Shown: positions 39,367 through 48,928, counted from the first letter of the stretch. The stretch: DNA of 64,000 nucleotides from Ignavibacteriales bacterium (GCA_037441705.1 JBBIRR010000008.1:23925-87924), one strand, 5' to 3'. A program made the numbers and translations. The notes: generated by a model not told the origin, from the letters alone.

Positions 39367-40476
39367 TCATGCGCTCACCATCGGGCGGACGACCGGATAG
39401 CCGCGCTCGATCCATCCGAACGTTCCGCCGCGCAAGTTGAGCACGTGTGCATAGCCGTGCTGCTGCAGCAGATGAGCCGCTTCGAGCGACCGGTTGCCGC
39501 TCGCGCAAATGCTCACGATGGTTGTGGACTTGTCCTGAGGGAGTTCATGCAGCCGCGTCTTGAGAATGCGGACGGAAATATTATGGACTCCTTCGATGGC
39601 TCCTGTCGTCATCAACTCGATCGGCTCGCGGACGTCAAGCAAGAACACTCTTGAATCTTTCTGCAGGAGTGCGTGAAGCTCGTCAGGTGAGACGCTCTGG
39701 AACGAATCGGTTGGTTGAGGTACTCGCTGCACGCCGCACTGCAACGTCATCTTTCCTCCGGCAGCGGAAGCCTCGGCGAGCGGCGGAAAGAAGTCCTGAA
39801 CGAACTGTACGTATTCGGCTTTCGTCCGCCGCTGCAGGAACGGATTGGTTTTCTTCTCATCGCCGAGCAGGGCATAGGTGTTGTCTTCGTAGTCATGCCC
39901 CGGATACATCTTCGTGTCATCGGGGAGGGGAAGGATTTTGTGCATCAGGCTGTCGTATTGTTCTTCGGGATTGCCGCCCGGGAGGTCGCTGCGGCCCGCC
40001 TGGCCGATTAGAAGAAGGTCACCCGTGAACAGATTGTTGCCGACGAAGAGCGCAATGTGATTGTCGGTGTGTCCGGGAGTAAAGAGAACGAGAATGCTCA
40101 TCGTTCCGCTCGTCACCACGTCGCCATCGTTGACGTAGATGTCGATGGGGATTTCGGCATTCGCCCGCAGCGTGTCGCCGATGCCGAAGGCGTCTCCCTG
40201 ATCCACGATCTTCCACTTGTTCTTCGTGTTCTCGTGCATGACGATGGGCGCGCCGAAGAGATTCTGCAACTTCTCTGCACCGGAGATGTGATCGGCGTGC
40301 GTGTGGGTATCGAAGATGTGCGTGAGGCGGGCGTGCGTCGAGCGAACAAGGTCTGCAATTCGTTCGACATCTTCCTGATTGGGATCGATAAGGATTGCGG
40401 AAGACGTTGTTTCGTCAATGACCAGATACGACAGTGTACCTGTGCCATCGGTTGATCGGATCTGATGGACGATCAT
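39367..40476 (-). CDS. MBL-fold persulfide dioxygenase-rhodanese fusion
   Basis: THTHADH, TPGHT, FTGD, GRSDL, YPGHDY; C-terminal DVREP..CASGNRS. Confidence 0.88.
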   Translation of the reverse strand: MIVHQIRSTDGTGTLSYLVIDETTSSAILIDPNQEDVERIADLVRSTHARLTHIFDTHTHADHISGAEKLQNLFGAPIVMHENTKNKWKIVDQGDAFGIGDTLRANAEIPIDIYVNDGDVVTSGTMSILVLFTPGHTDNHIALFVGNNLFTGDLLLIGQAGRSDLPGGNPEEQYDSLMHKILPLPDDTKMYPGHDYEDNTYALLGDEKKTNPFLQRRTKAEYVQFVQDFFPPLAEASAAGGKMTLQCGVQRVPQPTDSFQSVSPDELHALLQKDSRVFLLDVREPIELMTTGAIEGVHNISVRILKTRLHELPQDKSTTIVSICASGNRSLEAAHLLQQHGYAHVLNLRGGTFGWIERGYPVVRPMVSA

Positions 40477-40624
40477 TGTGGTCCCTCCTTATCTTTATCA
40501 ATGAACAGAATCAAGCGTCGGCGAATTGCACGCAGGAAGGATAACGAATCCGTCAATAGCATTCAAGTCCCCCGCCCTCGAGTAAGGTAGCGCGGTGCCG
40601 TCCGTATCTTGCCCGACCCGCTGC

Positions 40625-40653
40625 TTGACAAACCCGTTGGTTTTCCGTATGCT
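40625..40653 (+). promoter_or_regulatory. Near-consensus sigma70 promoter ahead of a structured non-coding segment
   Basis: TTGACA-17 bp-TATGCT. Confidence 0.6.
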
Positions 40654-40870
40654 TGGGTGGCTCTTCGTTCTCAAGCGGGTGGATTTCTCTCCTGGGGAGG
40701 GCGGGTTCCTTCCGCGCCCAACGCTCCGAGCCTTGCTGGTGGAGCACCAAGATACTTGCGGGTTACAATACTTCCGTGCTTTCTTTCGCGCATAGCGCCG
40801 GCTGCAAAAACCCGGCAAAGGTTGATATGTTACCACTCAACCAAAGCACTCGAGCTGATGCGTCGTCATC

Positions 40871-40899
40871 TTGCATTCCCCTGCCAATTCCTGTAACTT
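40871..40899 (+). promoter_or_regulatory. Sigma70-type promoter for the EVE operon
   Basis: TTGCAT-17 bp-TAACTT about 30 bp before the ATG. Confidence 0.45.
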
Positions 40900-40927
40900 C
40901 TACGCGCACGACAAGAGGATTTCTTCC

Positions 40928-41332
40928 ATGGCCTACTGGCTGCTGAAGACCGAACCATCCACGTACTCCTACGCTGATCTGGAACGGGACAAGAAAACAA
41001 CGTGGGACGGCGTGAGCAACAATCTCGCGCTCAAGCATCTGCGCGCGATGCAGAAGGGCGACCTTGCGCTGATTTACCACTCGGGCGACGAAAAGGCAAT
41101 CGTCGGAGTTGCCGAAATCGTCTCCGCGCCGTATCCCGATCCCAAGCAGAAGGACCCAAGGTTGGTTGTTGTTGATGTGAAGCCAAAAGAACGGCTGCGC
41201 AACCCCGTGCCCCTTGCCCTGGTGAAAGCCAGGAAAGAGCTTGCCCGCTTCGAGCTTGTTCGCATGCCGCGACTTTCGGTGATGCCGGTCTCCCGAGACA
41301 TCTGGATGATGCTGCTGGCCATGGGGAAATAG
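40928..41332 (+). CDS. EVE domain protein
   Basis: MAYWLLKTEP, WDGV.N, GD..LIYHS, RLSVMPV. Confidence 0.93.
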   Translation: MAYWLLKTEPSTYSYADLERDKKTTWDGVSNNLALKHLRAMQKGDLALIYHSGDEKAIVGVAEIVSAPYPDPKQKDPRLVVVDVKPKERLRNPVPLALVKARKELARFELVRMPRLSVMPVSRDIWMMLLAMGK

Positions 41333-41338
41333 CATCGC

Positions 41339-42643
41339 ATGGAATTCATATCCGTAGTGTTGAAGCTCGCGGCGGTGTTCGCGTTGGTGTTCATGAACGG
41401 CTTCTTCGTCGCCGCCGAGTTTGCCATCGTCAAGGTTCGCTCGACGCAAATCGAACCGCTGCTGCGCCGGGGCCAGAAGCGCGCAGAGATTGCCCACCAC
41501 GTCATAACGCATCTCGATGCGTACCTCTCCGCCACGCAATTGGGCATCACGCTTACAAGTTTGGGTTTAGGATGGCTGGGCGAGCCGTTTGTTGCCCATC
41601 TGCTGGAGCCGGTCTTCTTCCTCGCCGGCATCACGAATCCCACCGTACTGGCAACAGTCTCATTCGCCGTCGCGTTCGCATTCATCACCTTCCTGCACAT
41701 CGTGCTGGGTGAGCTTGCACCGAAGTCTCTTGCCATTCAACGAGCGCAAAGCGTTACCCTGGGCGCCTCCGGCCCGCTCCATCTTTTCTTCATCATCTTC
41801 AAGCCGGCGATCTGGGCACTGAATGGAACGGCGAATGCCTTTCTGCGCGCTGTCGGCATCCAGCCGGTCAGCGAAAGCGACCTTGCTCACTCCGAAGAGG
41901 AACTCCGTCTCCTGCTGAGTTACGGCAAGAACATCTCCACCCTCAGCAAAAGTATTCTGCTGAAGGCGATGGAACTGCGGAAGCGCACCGTGCGCGAGGT
42001 GATGGTGCCGCGCACCGAAGTCGTCTTTCTCTCGACCGATAAGACGCTCGAGGAGAATATCGCAATTGCCCTCGACCATCAGTTCACGCGCTACCCGCTG
42101 TGCGAACGCGACCTCGACAACATTCTCGGGATGATCCACCTCAAGGACTTGTTCAGGCTGCAGAATCAGAAAGGCCCCGGAACGGGACTTCTGGCGATCA
42201 AGCGCGAGCTGTTGTTCGTGCCCGAAACCACCGATGTAGAGAAACTGCTTGCGAACTTTCTCGCGAAGAAGATTCTCATGGCGATTGCCGTGGATGAGTA
42301 CGGCGGAACGGCGGGGTTGATCACCCTGGAAGATGTGTTAGAAGAATTGGTGGGGGAGATTCGCGATGAGTTCGACGTGGAACCGCTGATGGTACAGCGT
42401 GTGAGTGAACACGAATTCGTGATCGACGGAACCATGCCTCTCCACGATTTTGCGCGGATGTTCGACGTTGTACCCGATACGAAGGATGTTGTGACACTGA
42501 GCGGCTATGTTGTTCACCTCCTGGGTCGCGTGCCGGAAAAGGGAACCGAGCTTCGCCTTGCCCAATGGCATGCAACGGTCGAGGCCGTGGATGGGAAGAA
42601 AGTGAAACAACTGAGGATCAAGAAGTCCGGAGGCGCAACGTGA
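41339..42643 (+). CDS. CNNM/CBS/CorC-HlyC (TlyC 'hemolysin' family) membrane protein
   Basis: NGFFVAAEFAIV, QLGIT, GELAPK, MVPR, VDEYGGTAGLITLEDVLEELVGEI. Confidence 0.94.
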   Translation: MEFISVVLKLAAVFALVFMNGFFVAAEFAIVKVRSTQIEPLLRRGQKRAEIAHHVITHLDAYLSATQLGITLTSLGLGWLGEPFVAHLLEPVFFLAGITNPTVLATVSFAVAFAFITFLHIVLGELAPKSLAIQRAQSVTLGASGPLHLFFIIFKPAIWALNGTANAFLRAVGIQPVSESDLAHSEEELRLLLSYGKNISTLSKSILLKAMELRKRTVREVMVPRTEVVFLSTDKTLEENIAIALDHQFTRYPLCERDLDNILGMIHLKDLFRLQNQKGPGTGLLAIKRELLFVPETTDVEKLLANFLAKKILMAIAVDEYGGTAGLITLEDVLEELVGEIRDEFDVEPLMVQRVSEHEFVIDGTMPLHDFARMFDVVPDTKDVVTLSGYVVHLLGRVPEKGTELRLAQWHATVEAVDGKKVKQLRIKKSGGAT

Positions 42644-43350
42644 CGAGCGGCCGGTACCTCCTCTGCACAGCGCTGCTGCTGTGTTGTTGTGTATCTCCGG
42701 CTCACGCGCAGTACTACGAACACATGCCGACACATCCCAGCAGCCGCTTTGTGTATATCGGCTTCGTTGTGCAGCGCTTCCAGCCGCGCAGCACGAATAC
42801 ACAAGCGGACTCGCTTCGTATTTCCTACCGCCGCATCATGCCGACGGTGGGTTACAGACAGGGACTCGTGGACATTACCGCCGGATATACTCGCTTTTCG
42901 CTTCGTGGAGAGAGCAGGACAGCACTCTTTGTCGGCCTTGCAGTTGGTCACGAACTTCCTATCGCTCACACTGCAACAGGTGGTCTCTTGCTTCGCCTGC
43001 TGGTTTCCAGCGACTATACACGCGCGGAAAGCACCGGAAGTGATAAAGAGGACTTCATCGTTGGCAGCGCCGGCGTTGGCGCGGGACTGACCTACCGTCT
43101 GCGCCAGCGCGGATGGGAGTTCTCGCTCGCTGCGACAGAGGCCGTGCACGGAAGTTTTGAGACCTTCAGCACGGGAATCGGATTCTCGGCGGCAACCACA
43201 GCAGAAGCGCTGTTGCTGCTCCACAACGTGCTTCTGTTCGATGGTATTGCTCTCGGCTATCGTTTGCGCTACCAGACGTGGAACATGAACAACGCAAAGT
43301 TCGACTGCAAGGCTCTTTCACACGGTGCATTTGTTGGGGTGATGTTTTGA
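42640..43350 (+). CDS. Hypothetical outer-membrane beta-barrel protein
   Basis: GTG overlapping upstream TGA; signal peptide AHA/QY; alternating beta-strands; C-terminal Phe. Confidence 0.6.
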   Translation: MTSGRYLLCTALLLCCCVSPAHAQYYEHMPTHPSSRFVYIGFVVQRFQPRSTNTQADSLRISYRRIMPTVGYRQGLVDITAGYTRFSLRGESRTALFVGLAVGHELPIAHTATGGLLLRLLVSSDYTRAESTGSDKEDFIVGSAGVGAGLTYRLRQRGWEFSLAATEAVHGSFETFSTGIGFSAATTAEALLLLHNVLLFDGIALGYRLRYQTWNMNNAKFDCKALSHGAFVGVMF

Positions 43351-43483
43351 GCCTTGCCGTACGTTGACCCGGTTGAGCATTTCGGAATCTGCCGCGAACG
43401 CGGTATTGATTTTATTGTGTGAACTGTTTTCTTACCCACAGTTGTTCGCTCGCAGCACGTTCCACGTCAATGCATGATGCCCG

Positions 43484-44707
43484 ATGGTGCGTCGCTCTGT
43501 GGTGTTTTCTTTCCTTGGCATGGTCGTCCTTGCCGCCGGTTCGTACTTCATCCTGCGTCCTGCCGCCACGCCTCCTCAAGAAACCTCCGCTGCGTCTGGT
43601 GAATCTGCTGCCGACGTCCTTTTTCCGGTGACGGTTGCCGTTGCCGAACAAGGGAATCTCATAAAAAGCATCGCCACCAACGGTACGCTCCGCGCACGAC
43701 GCGAGGTAGAGTTGCTTGCGCGGGTCAGCGGCGATGTTGTCGGGGTGCATGCGCACAACGGCAAGCGTGTGGCACAGGGAGATCTGTTAGTGAAATTGGA
43801 TGATCGGGAGTTTCGACTTGCGTTTGAGAAGGCCTCGGCAGCGCTGCTTGCCGCGCAGATTGAATACCGGACGCTCAGCACGTCGGAGGTGCTTGCCGGG
43901 CCCGATTCGGCGCGTGTGCAGGAAGAACTTGCCCGCGCCCGCGCGCGGCTTGCCGAAGCCGAAAGCGCCTTTCGGGCAAAGAGGATCGACGAGGCCGTAT
44001 TGCTGCGCGCCCGTCGTGAGTACGATGCGGCCATGGCGTATCTGCACGTGGATCGGGGCGACATCATTGCCAACAAGAGCGGACTTGCAGCAGCGCAGGA
44101 AGCACACACCCGCGCCAAACTGGACTTAGAGGCGACGGAACTCCGCTCGCCGTTTGCCGGCTACGTCGGCAACCTTGAGCTGACGCCGGGCAAGCGCATC
44201 CAGGCAGGCACTGCGGTGTGCACCATTGTTGATCTCTCGACGCTCCTGGTAGATGTTGATGTGATTGAAAGCGAAGCGCCGCGTGTGCAGGTGGGGCAAC
44301 GTGCCGAGCTGACTGTTGCGGCCCTGCCGGGCAAGAGCTTCACGGGCAAAGTCCTCACCCGCAACCCGATGATTGATCCGAAAACCAAAACCCTCCGTGT
44401 AACAATAGAACTCACCAACCCTCCGACATCTAACTCATTGATGCCGGGGATGTATGCAACAGTGCGGATACAGACCGAACAGTTTCCCAAGCGCTTGCTT
44501 GTGCCGAAGGCCGCGCTGCTGGTGCGCGACCAGCGAACGTTAGTGTTCGTGGCGCAGCAAGGGCTTGCCAAATGGCACTACGTAGATGTCGAAGATGAGA
44601 ACGAACGCTTCATTGCCATCCGCTCCGGCATCGCGCCGGGCGATACGGTGATTGTGGATGGACACTACACCCTGGCGCATGATGCGAGGATACGCATAGC
44701 ACCGTAG
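43484..44707 (+). CDS. RND efflux periplasmic adaptor (MFP)
   Basis: N-terminal TM, lipoyl half motifs (V.G.V..V..GDLLVKLD; LRSPFAG), hairpin, LMPGMYA, VPKAAL. Confidence 0.93.
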   Translation: MVRRSVVFSFLGMVVLAAGSYFILRPAATPPQETSAASGESAADVLFPVTVAVAEQGNLIKSIATNGTLRARREVELLARVSGDVVGVHAHNGKRVAQGDLLVKLDDREFRLAFEKASAALLAAQIEYRTLSTSEVLAGPDSARVQEELARARARLAEAESAFRAKRIDEAVLLRARREYDAAMAYLHVDRGDIIANKSGLAAAQEAHTRAKLDLEATELRSPFAGYVGNLELTPGKRIQAGTAVCTIVDLSTLLVDVDVIESEAPRVQVGQRAELTVAALPGKSFTGKVLTRNPMIDPKTKTLRVTIELTNPPTSNSLMPGMYATVRIQTEQFPKRLLVPKAALLVRDQRTLVFVAQQGLAKWHYVDVEDENERFIAIRSGIAPGDTVIVDGHYTLAHDARIRIAP

Positions 44708-44743
44708 CTGAAGCAGTCTCCCTCTCACTTGGAGGTATATTTC

Positions 44744-45190
44744 GTGTCAATAGATACCTCAATACTGAAAACTTGGATACGCGAGAACCCGGAGAAAGCA
44801 CTTAGTGCCAAAGTTGTTGCAGTACAATTTAAGGTAAGCGTTCATACGCTGTATAAAGAATTCATCAGAAAGGAGGGTATGTCAGTTGGCCGGTTCATAG
44901 ATGACACACGACTTGAGGCGGTGAAGCGGCTCTTGCTCAGAACGGATAAGAAGGTCTTCGAAGTTGCGCACGAGTTTACATTCGGCCGCGAAGATGTTCT
45001 CGCCCGATGGTTCAAGACCCGAACGGGAATGACCATGAGAGAGTTTCGGGAGAAAAACGGATGGCACCGAAGTGTTGGCGGGGGGGTAAGATTGCAAACT
45101 AAAAGTGCAAACCAAAATTGCAAAGAGAATTTTCTTGATTTCGGGCACGGCGGGATGTATTATGTTGACGACCTGAGGGATAGACTGTGA
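44744..45190 (+). CDS. Stand-alone AraC-family HTH regulator (MarA/SoxS-size)
   Basis: GGAGG RBS + GTG; VA..F.VS..TL...F, RLEAVKRLL..TD..V.EVA, FK..TGMT..EFR. Confidence 0.8.
   Translation: MSIDTSILKTWIRENPEKALSAKVVAVQFKVSVHTLYKEFIRKEGMSVGRFIDDTRLEAVKRLLLRTDKKVFEVAHEFTFGREDVLARWFKTRTGMTMREFREKNGWHRSVGGGVRLQTKSANQNCKENFLDFGHGGMYYVDDLRDRL
45092..45163 (+). promoter_or_regulatory. Cassette-1 operator/promoter: three 13-bp-period repeats + sigma70 promoter
   Basis: TGCAAA at 45093, 45106, 45119; GAGAAT; TTGATT(45135)-17-TATTAT. Confidence 0.72.
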
Positions 45191-45223
45191 TCTTCATTTC
45201 CATTCACACTGAAGCATGAGATC

Positions 45224-45700
45224 GTGCGCACCCTTGCCGAATTCAAAAGATTGCTACCAACGTTTTCTTGTGTGCTGATCGCGGTCATCTTCTTTGTTGC
45301 AGCGATTGACAAGACCGCACATATGGCTCGTTTTGAAAGAGCTCTCGAGGCCCAAGGGATTATTCCGGTGTTCTTCTTGCCGACGGTGGCTAAGGCGATC
45401 GTAGCTTTGGAGTTCATTATCAGCCTCGCTTTGCTGGCTCGGCCGTTCCGCAGGGTTGCCTTGCTCGGAGCTTTGGTTCTGCTTGTTGCCTTTATCGTTG
45501 TTCTTCTGGTTCTTTCGTCGAGCAGTTCGATCAGTGACTGTGGCTGTGGCAGTCTCTTCGCAAATGTCCCTATTCCATGGAAAATTGGACAAGACGTTAT
45601 CATGGTGATTCTTGCGGCCTGGACACTCTACATGCTGAAGCGCAGCAGTCAGCGAATGTGCCCTCAAGGCCCACCATGTCTTGATACCTATTCTCAGTGA
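45224..45700 (+). CDS. MauE/DoxX-family membrane protein
   Basis: Four TMs; AAIDK, conserved Glu in TM2, DCGCG motif. Confidence 0.8.
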   Translation: MRTLAEFKRLLPTFSCVLIAVIFFVAAIDKTAHMARFERALEAQGIIPVFFLPTVAKAIVALEFIISLALLARPFRRVALLGALVLLVAFIVVLLVLSSSSSISDCGCGSLFANVPIPWKIGQDVIMVILAAWTLYMLKRSSQRMCPQGPPCLDTYSQ

Positions 45701-45733
45701 TTGCTAACCTTTCAATACATGTGGAGGTCCAGT

Positions 45734-45985
45734 ATGAAACCCAACAACGTCCTGACAACTGTCGGAATGATGGCCTTCTTGATGGTCATGGTCGTAAGTA
45801 TTTATGTGACATACCAGGAGAAGGCCTACGCGTGTGAGGGAAACTGTTGCGCTCAATGCGGGCGAGACGGAGACGAATGGCGGTGCTTCACACGACTGAG
45901 TTGGGGCGCGAACTGGTGTATGGTGGATGGCCGGGGCGAGTCGTGTACTGTCTTTGGTTCCTGTGGTGGTGGCCCAGCGAAGTAA
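45734..45985 (+). CDS. Secreted Cys-rich micro-protein 1 (8 Cys in about 50-aa mature part)
   Basis: GGAGG RBS; MKPNNVLTTVGMMAFLMVMVVSIYVTYQEKAYA/CEGNCCAQCGRDGDEWRCFTRLSWGANWCMVDGRGESCTVFGSCGGGPAK. Confidence 0.78.
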   Translation: MKPNNVLTTVGMMAFLMVMVVSIYVTYQEKAYACEGNCCAQCGRDGDEWRCFTRLSWGANWCMVDGRGESCTVFGSCGGGPAK

Positions 45986-46008
45986 CCATCATATCAAGAG
46001 GCGAAAAC

Positions 46009-47151
46009 GTGACGTTCGCGGGCGTACTCTCTTCCTGCACCACCATTGCGCGCTTGGGGTTGCTATGTATGTTCCTCAGTGCGTGCGAGCGACGAGCGCA
46101 ACAACCGGCAGCGGAACCGAGGCACGTTTCGACCGAATCTTCGCGTACAGAGACAAGCACCGAAATTCGGCGCCTTCCGCCTCTGCTCAAGGAAGGCCAG
46201 GAAGCCCCCGGTGCGCACAATTATGATTGGCATGACATCAGCACCGATGGGGATGATACACTGTACGTCAGCGACAACTCTCAACTCTGTGTGCGTGTGC
46301 TGGTAGCTGAGTCCGGTCGGCAGGTCGCGCAGTTTGGTCGCAAGGGGCAGGGGCCGGGTGAATTTATGTTCATTGCGCGCGTGAGATACCTGGAAGGACT
46401 TGGACTTGCTGTGCTCGACAACATCCTGCGCCGCATTACCCTGTTCACGAGTGAGGGCAAGGTCATACGAACTGTGCCGTTGGATCGCATGAGCGATGAT
46501 GTTGCTCAGCTGAGTTCCGAAAGTCTGGTCGTCAGCAGCTACAGCCTGGAACAGGGATACAAACCGCTAAGGACGATATCCCTTGCCAATGGCAACGTGG
46601 GTTCGGAATTCGGCGCCACGCTTGAGCCGCAGGTAGGCATTCGCGCACAGATACTGCAGTCGCCCGCTGGGCCCCGAGATATGCTTTTGTATTCTTTTGC
46701 GGGTATGACCCGGATCCTTTACATCCGACACCGTCCCATTTTGATTTACTCGCAGCGTCATCCATATTTTCTCATTCTGTTTCGGGATAGAGATCAAGCT
46801 GGTAAGCGGATCGATGCTGCCCTTCCTTTTTCTACAGCCGACAGTATGGAATATGTTGTCAAGGAGAGTCAACGTACAGCCACAATTCGCCGCAGCGGCG
46901 CGGTGCTTGATCCATTATATGTGGCGGGGAAGAATGCCTTTATTGTGGCAGCATTCAATAGTTCTGCACAAATGAATGTTTTAGATGTTTACAACCTCGA
47001 AGGACAACTCCGAAAGCGCTTGGCGTTGCCCGCCCTGGAGCATGGCGTCAAGCCGGTCTCAGCAGCTTTGCTTCGCGATAGTATCCTGACAATTCTTGTC
47101 CGGGACAAAGACCGGATCTACTGGATCGAGCGGTTCTCGATTATGTTTTAG
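46009..47151 (+). CDS. 6-bladed beta-propeller (NHL/TolB-like) lipoprotein 1
   Basis: Lipobox LSAC; LYVSD, FGRKGQGPGEF, RRITLF..G; start uncertain (GTG 46009 chosen). Confidence 0.8.
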   Translation: MTFAGVLSSCTTIARLGLLCMFLSACERRAQQPAAEPRHVSTESSRTETSTEIRRLPPLLKEGQEAPGAHNYDWHDISTDGDDTLYVSDNSQLCVRVLVAESGRQVAQFGRKGQGPGEFMFIARVRYLEGLGLAVLDNILRRITLFTSEGKVIRTVPLDRMSDDVAQLSSESLVVSSYSLEQGYKPLRTISLANGNVGSEFGATLEPQVGIRAQILQSPAGPRDMLLYSFAGMTRILYIRHRPILIYSQRHPYFLILFRDRDQAGKRIDAALPFSTADSMEYVVKESQRTATIRRSGAVLDPLYVAGKNAFIVAAFNSSAQMNVLDVYNLEGQLRKRLALPALEHGVKPVSAALLRDSILTILVRDKDRIYWIERFSIMF

Positions 47152-47268
47152 CGAGTCCTCATGCGGTGTCAGACGAAGGAGAGCAGAGGCTCGAAGCAGG
47201 ACGTTTTGAATTGCTGAATGCGTACATCATCAGTAACGCACAGCGATTGCTGAGACATCCGGAATGTG

Positions 47269-47415
47269 TCCGCGCCGCCTTGGCAGTCAGTGTTCTTCGT
47301 GTAATGTTCGACACGCACATGTCCCTCAGCTCCCTCTCGACATCCCGCCCCGTCACGGTGCTGATGTTCTACATCGGCGTGGTGATGCCTGGGGTGATCG
47401 TGTTCTTCCATCTGA
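47269..47415 (+). repeat. Direct-repeat copy (truncated gene fragment) of the leader and first ~30 codons of the RND gene at 50936
   Basis: Near-identical to 50885-51032, including exact CATGTCCCTCAGC...CGGCGTGGTGATGC; encodes MSLSSLSTSRPVTVLMFYIGVVM, then diverges and stops. Confidence 0.92.
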
Positions 47416-47461
47416 CTGAGGCGGGGGGCAAACCCAAGTGACGATAGTGTCATGTCCGAAA

Positions 47462-47521
47462 TTGCAAACCGAAAGTGCAAAGAGAATTTTTTTTGACTTG
47501 AAATGTATGCCTTGCTACATT
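47462..47521 (+). promoter_or_regulatory. Cassette-2 operator/promoter
   Basis: TGCAAA at 47463 and 47476; GAGAAT; TTGACT(47493)-17-TACATT with TGn extension. Confidence 0.72.
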
Positions 47522-47565
47522 GGTTGGCGAAATCACTTAATCACCAATTCTTCCGAGGAGGAGTT

Positions 47566-47781
47566 ATGAAGAGGGTCCGTGAGTTTTCTGCCGTTTTACT
47601 CTTGGCATCGGCACTGCTCATTGCAATATTGGTTTCGTTGCCGCGCACGGCATGTTCTGCTCCGCGCTGGACCGTTTGCATCGTCACCGGCGGCGGTGGT
47701 ACGTCCTATTGTGCGGAGTGCCCTTCAGGCAGTAACTGTGTGTCGTGTTCGGGGCAGGATTGCTTTGCCGATGGGGATTGA
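47566..47781 (+). CDS. Secreted Cys-rich micro-protein 2 (6 Cys in about 40-aa mature part)
   Basis: GAGGAGG RBS; MKRVREFSAVLLLASALLIAILVSLPRTACS/APRWTVCIVTGGGGTSYCAECPSGSNCVSCSGQDCFADGD. Confidence 0.8.
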   Translation: MKRVREFSAVLLLASALLIAILVSLPRTACSAPRWTVCIVTGGGGTSYCAECPSGSNCVSCSGQDCFADGD

Positions 47782-47851
47782 ATTCATTCCGAGCAAAATC
47801 AATCAGTGCCGGCCAGATGTCCCTTCAGATCACGCGCTACGACTTTTATCC

Positions 47852-48928
47852 ATGTGCAAGGCTCAACTTCTCACTGTTCTGCATTCGATATTGCTGCTAT
47901 CATGCGGCGAAAAATCGGAACACGCAAGCCCAAAGGTTCCGGCTGCATTTCGTGACAGACTTGCAACGGTTTCGCGCATCGAGGATGTTTTCTCCGAAAA
48001 ACATGCGATTGCCTTGGAGGCTTCTGACAGCAGCTTTGTTGGCGACATCACCTATCTACACATTGCTCCCGATGGGTCTCTTGGGGTCATTCATCGCGCC
48101 AGCCGTGTGCCGGCAATTTTCGATAGCACGGGTCGGTTCGTCGGCAAAGTCGGCAGGGCGGGGAAAGGGCCGGGTGAATTTGGGAGCGCAGCTGCTCTTG
48201 TTTGGGTAGGAGATGAATCGTCGTGGTATGTTGCCGATAATGCCTCTCGGAGGATTTCAGTGTTCGGACGTGATCTGACCTACAACAACAGCTTTTCGGT
48301 CGACGACAGGATTCATTCGATGGAAGTCGGGCCGAAGGGCGCTTTGCTGCTTTTTGCCCCAGGGATGGCGGATGTGAAGAACCTCATTGTTATGATCAGC
48401 CGCGACGGAGAGAAACTGCGTCGCTTCTATGCAACGCCCGCGATCATCAAAGAAGTCCCTTACTACGTTCGAGGCGGCGGGCTTTGTGTAAGTGAAAACA
48501 GGATTTTCACCTCATACTACCTTGACAGTGAACTGCTATGCTTCAATGAAGTTGGAGAATTGATCGCCGCAAGCTCGCTTCAGCCAATGCGCAACTACGT
48601 TTCAGCCGACCTGAGAAAGGTAAGCGACCCCCATGAATTCCTTTACGAATGCACCGGCATTCTTAGAGTGCTCAAAGGTCCGGAACATACGATCGTTGTG
48701 GAGTACGGAAACCTTGTCCTTCAAAAAGAGCGAAAGGATCTCCAACGCCAACTCTACTTAGCGTTCTTTGACTTGAACGGAAAACTCATTGCCAGCGGCA
48801 TCAAGACCGAAGACGAGGTTCTGGCTTCTGACGGCGCCGGAAGCCTGTACTCCGTCCATTACGAGGAGACGGACCGGACAGAACAAAATAACCCAGTGCT
48901 CCACAAATGGTCAGTCTCTCCCCGATAA
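47852..48928 (+). CDS. 6-bladed beta-propeller lipoprotein 2
   Basis: Lipobox LLSC; VGRAGKGPGEF, WYVAD...RRISVF. Confidence 0.8.
   Translation: MCKAQLLTVLHSILLLSCGEKSEHASPKVPAAFRDRLATVSRIEDVFSEKHAIALEASDSSFVGDITYLHIAPDGSLGVIHRASRVPAIFDSTGRFVGKVGRAGKGPGEFGSAAALVWVGDESSWYVADNASRRISVFGRDLTYNNSFSVDDRIHSMEVGPKGALLLFAPGMADVKNLIVMISRDGEKLRRFYATPAIIKEVPYYVRGGGLCVSENRIFTSYYLDSELLCFNEVGELIAASSLQPMRNYVSADLRKVSDPHEFLYECTGILRVLKGPEHTIVVEYGNLVLQKERKDLQRQLYLAFFDLNGKLIASGIKTEDEVLASDGAGSLYSVHYEETDRTEQNNPVLHKWSVSPR

Noticed and set aside
40660-40749. tRNA, tRNA-Sec, SRP RNA or 6S RNA call
   Set aside because: Ends in ACCA but has no proper T-arm or anticodon arm; minus-strand CGGAAGGAA lacks the SRP CAGG/AGCAG loop; kept only as an unclassified candidate
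45092-45131. CRISPR array or iteron
   Set aside because: Only 2-3 contiguous 13-bp units without spacers; no cas or rep genes; the position fits an operator
47166-47441. 91-aa ORF as a functional gene
   Set aside because: Chimera of a duplicated RND 5' stub and flanking sequence
45734-47781. Known RiPP class (ranthipeptide, lanthipeptide, bufferin)
   Set aside because: No radical SAM, LanB/C/M, DUF692 or peptidase-ABC gene in the window; leaders are Sec-type rather than double-glycine
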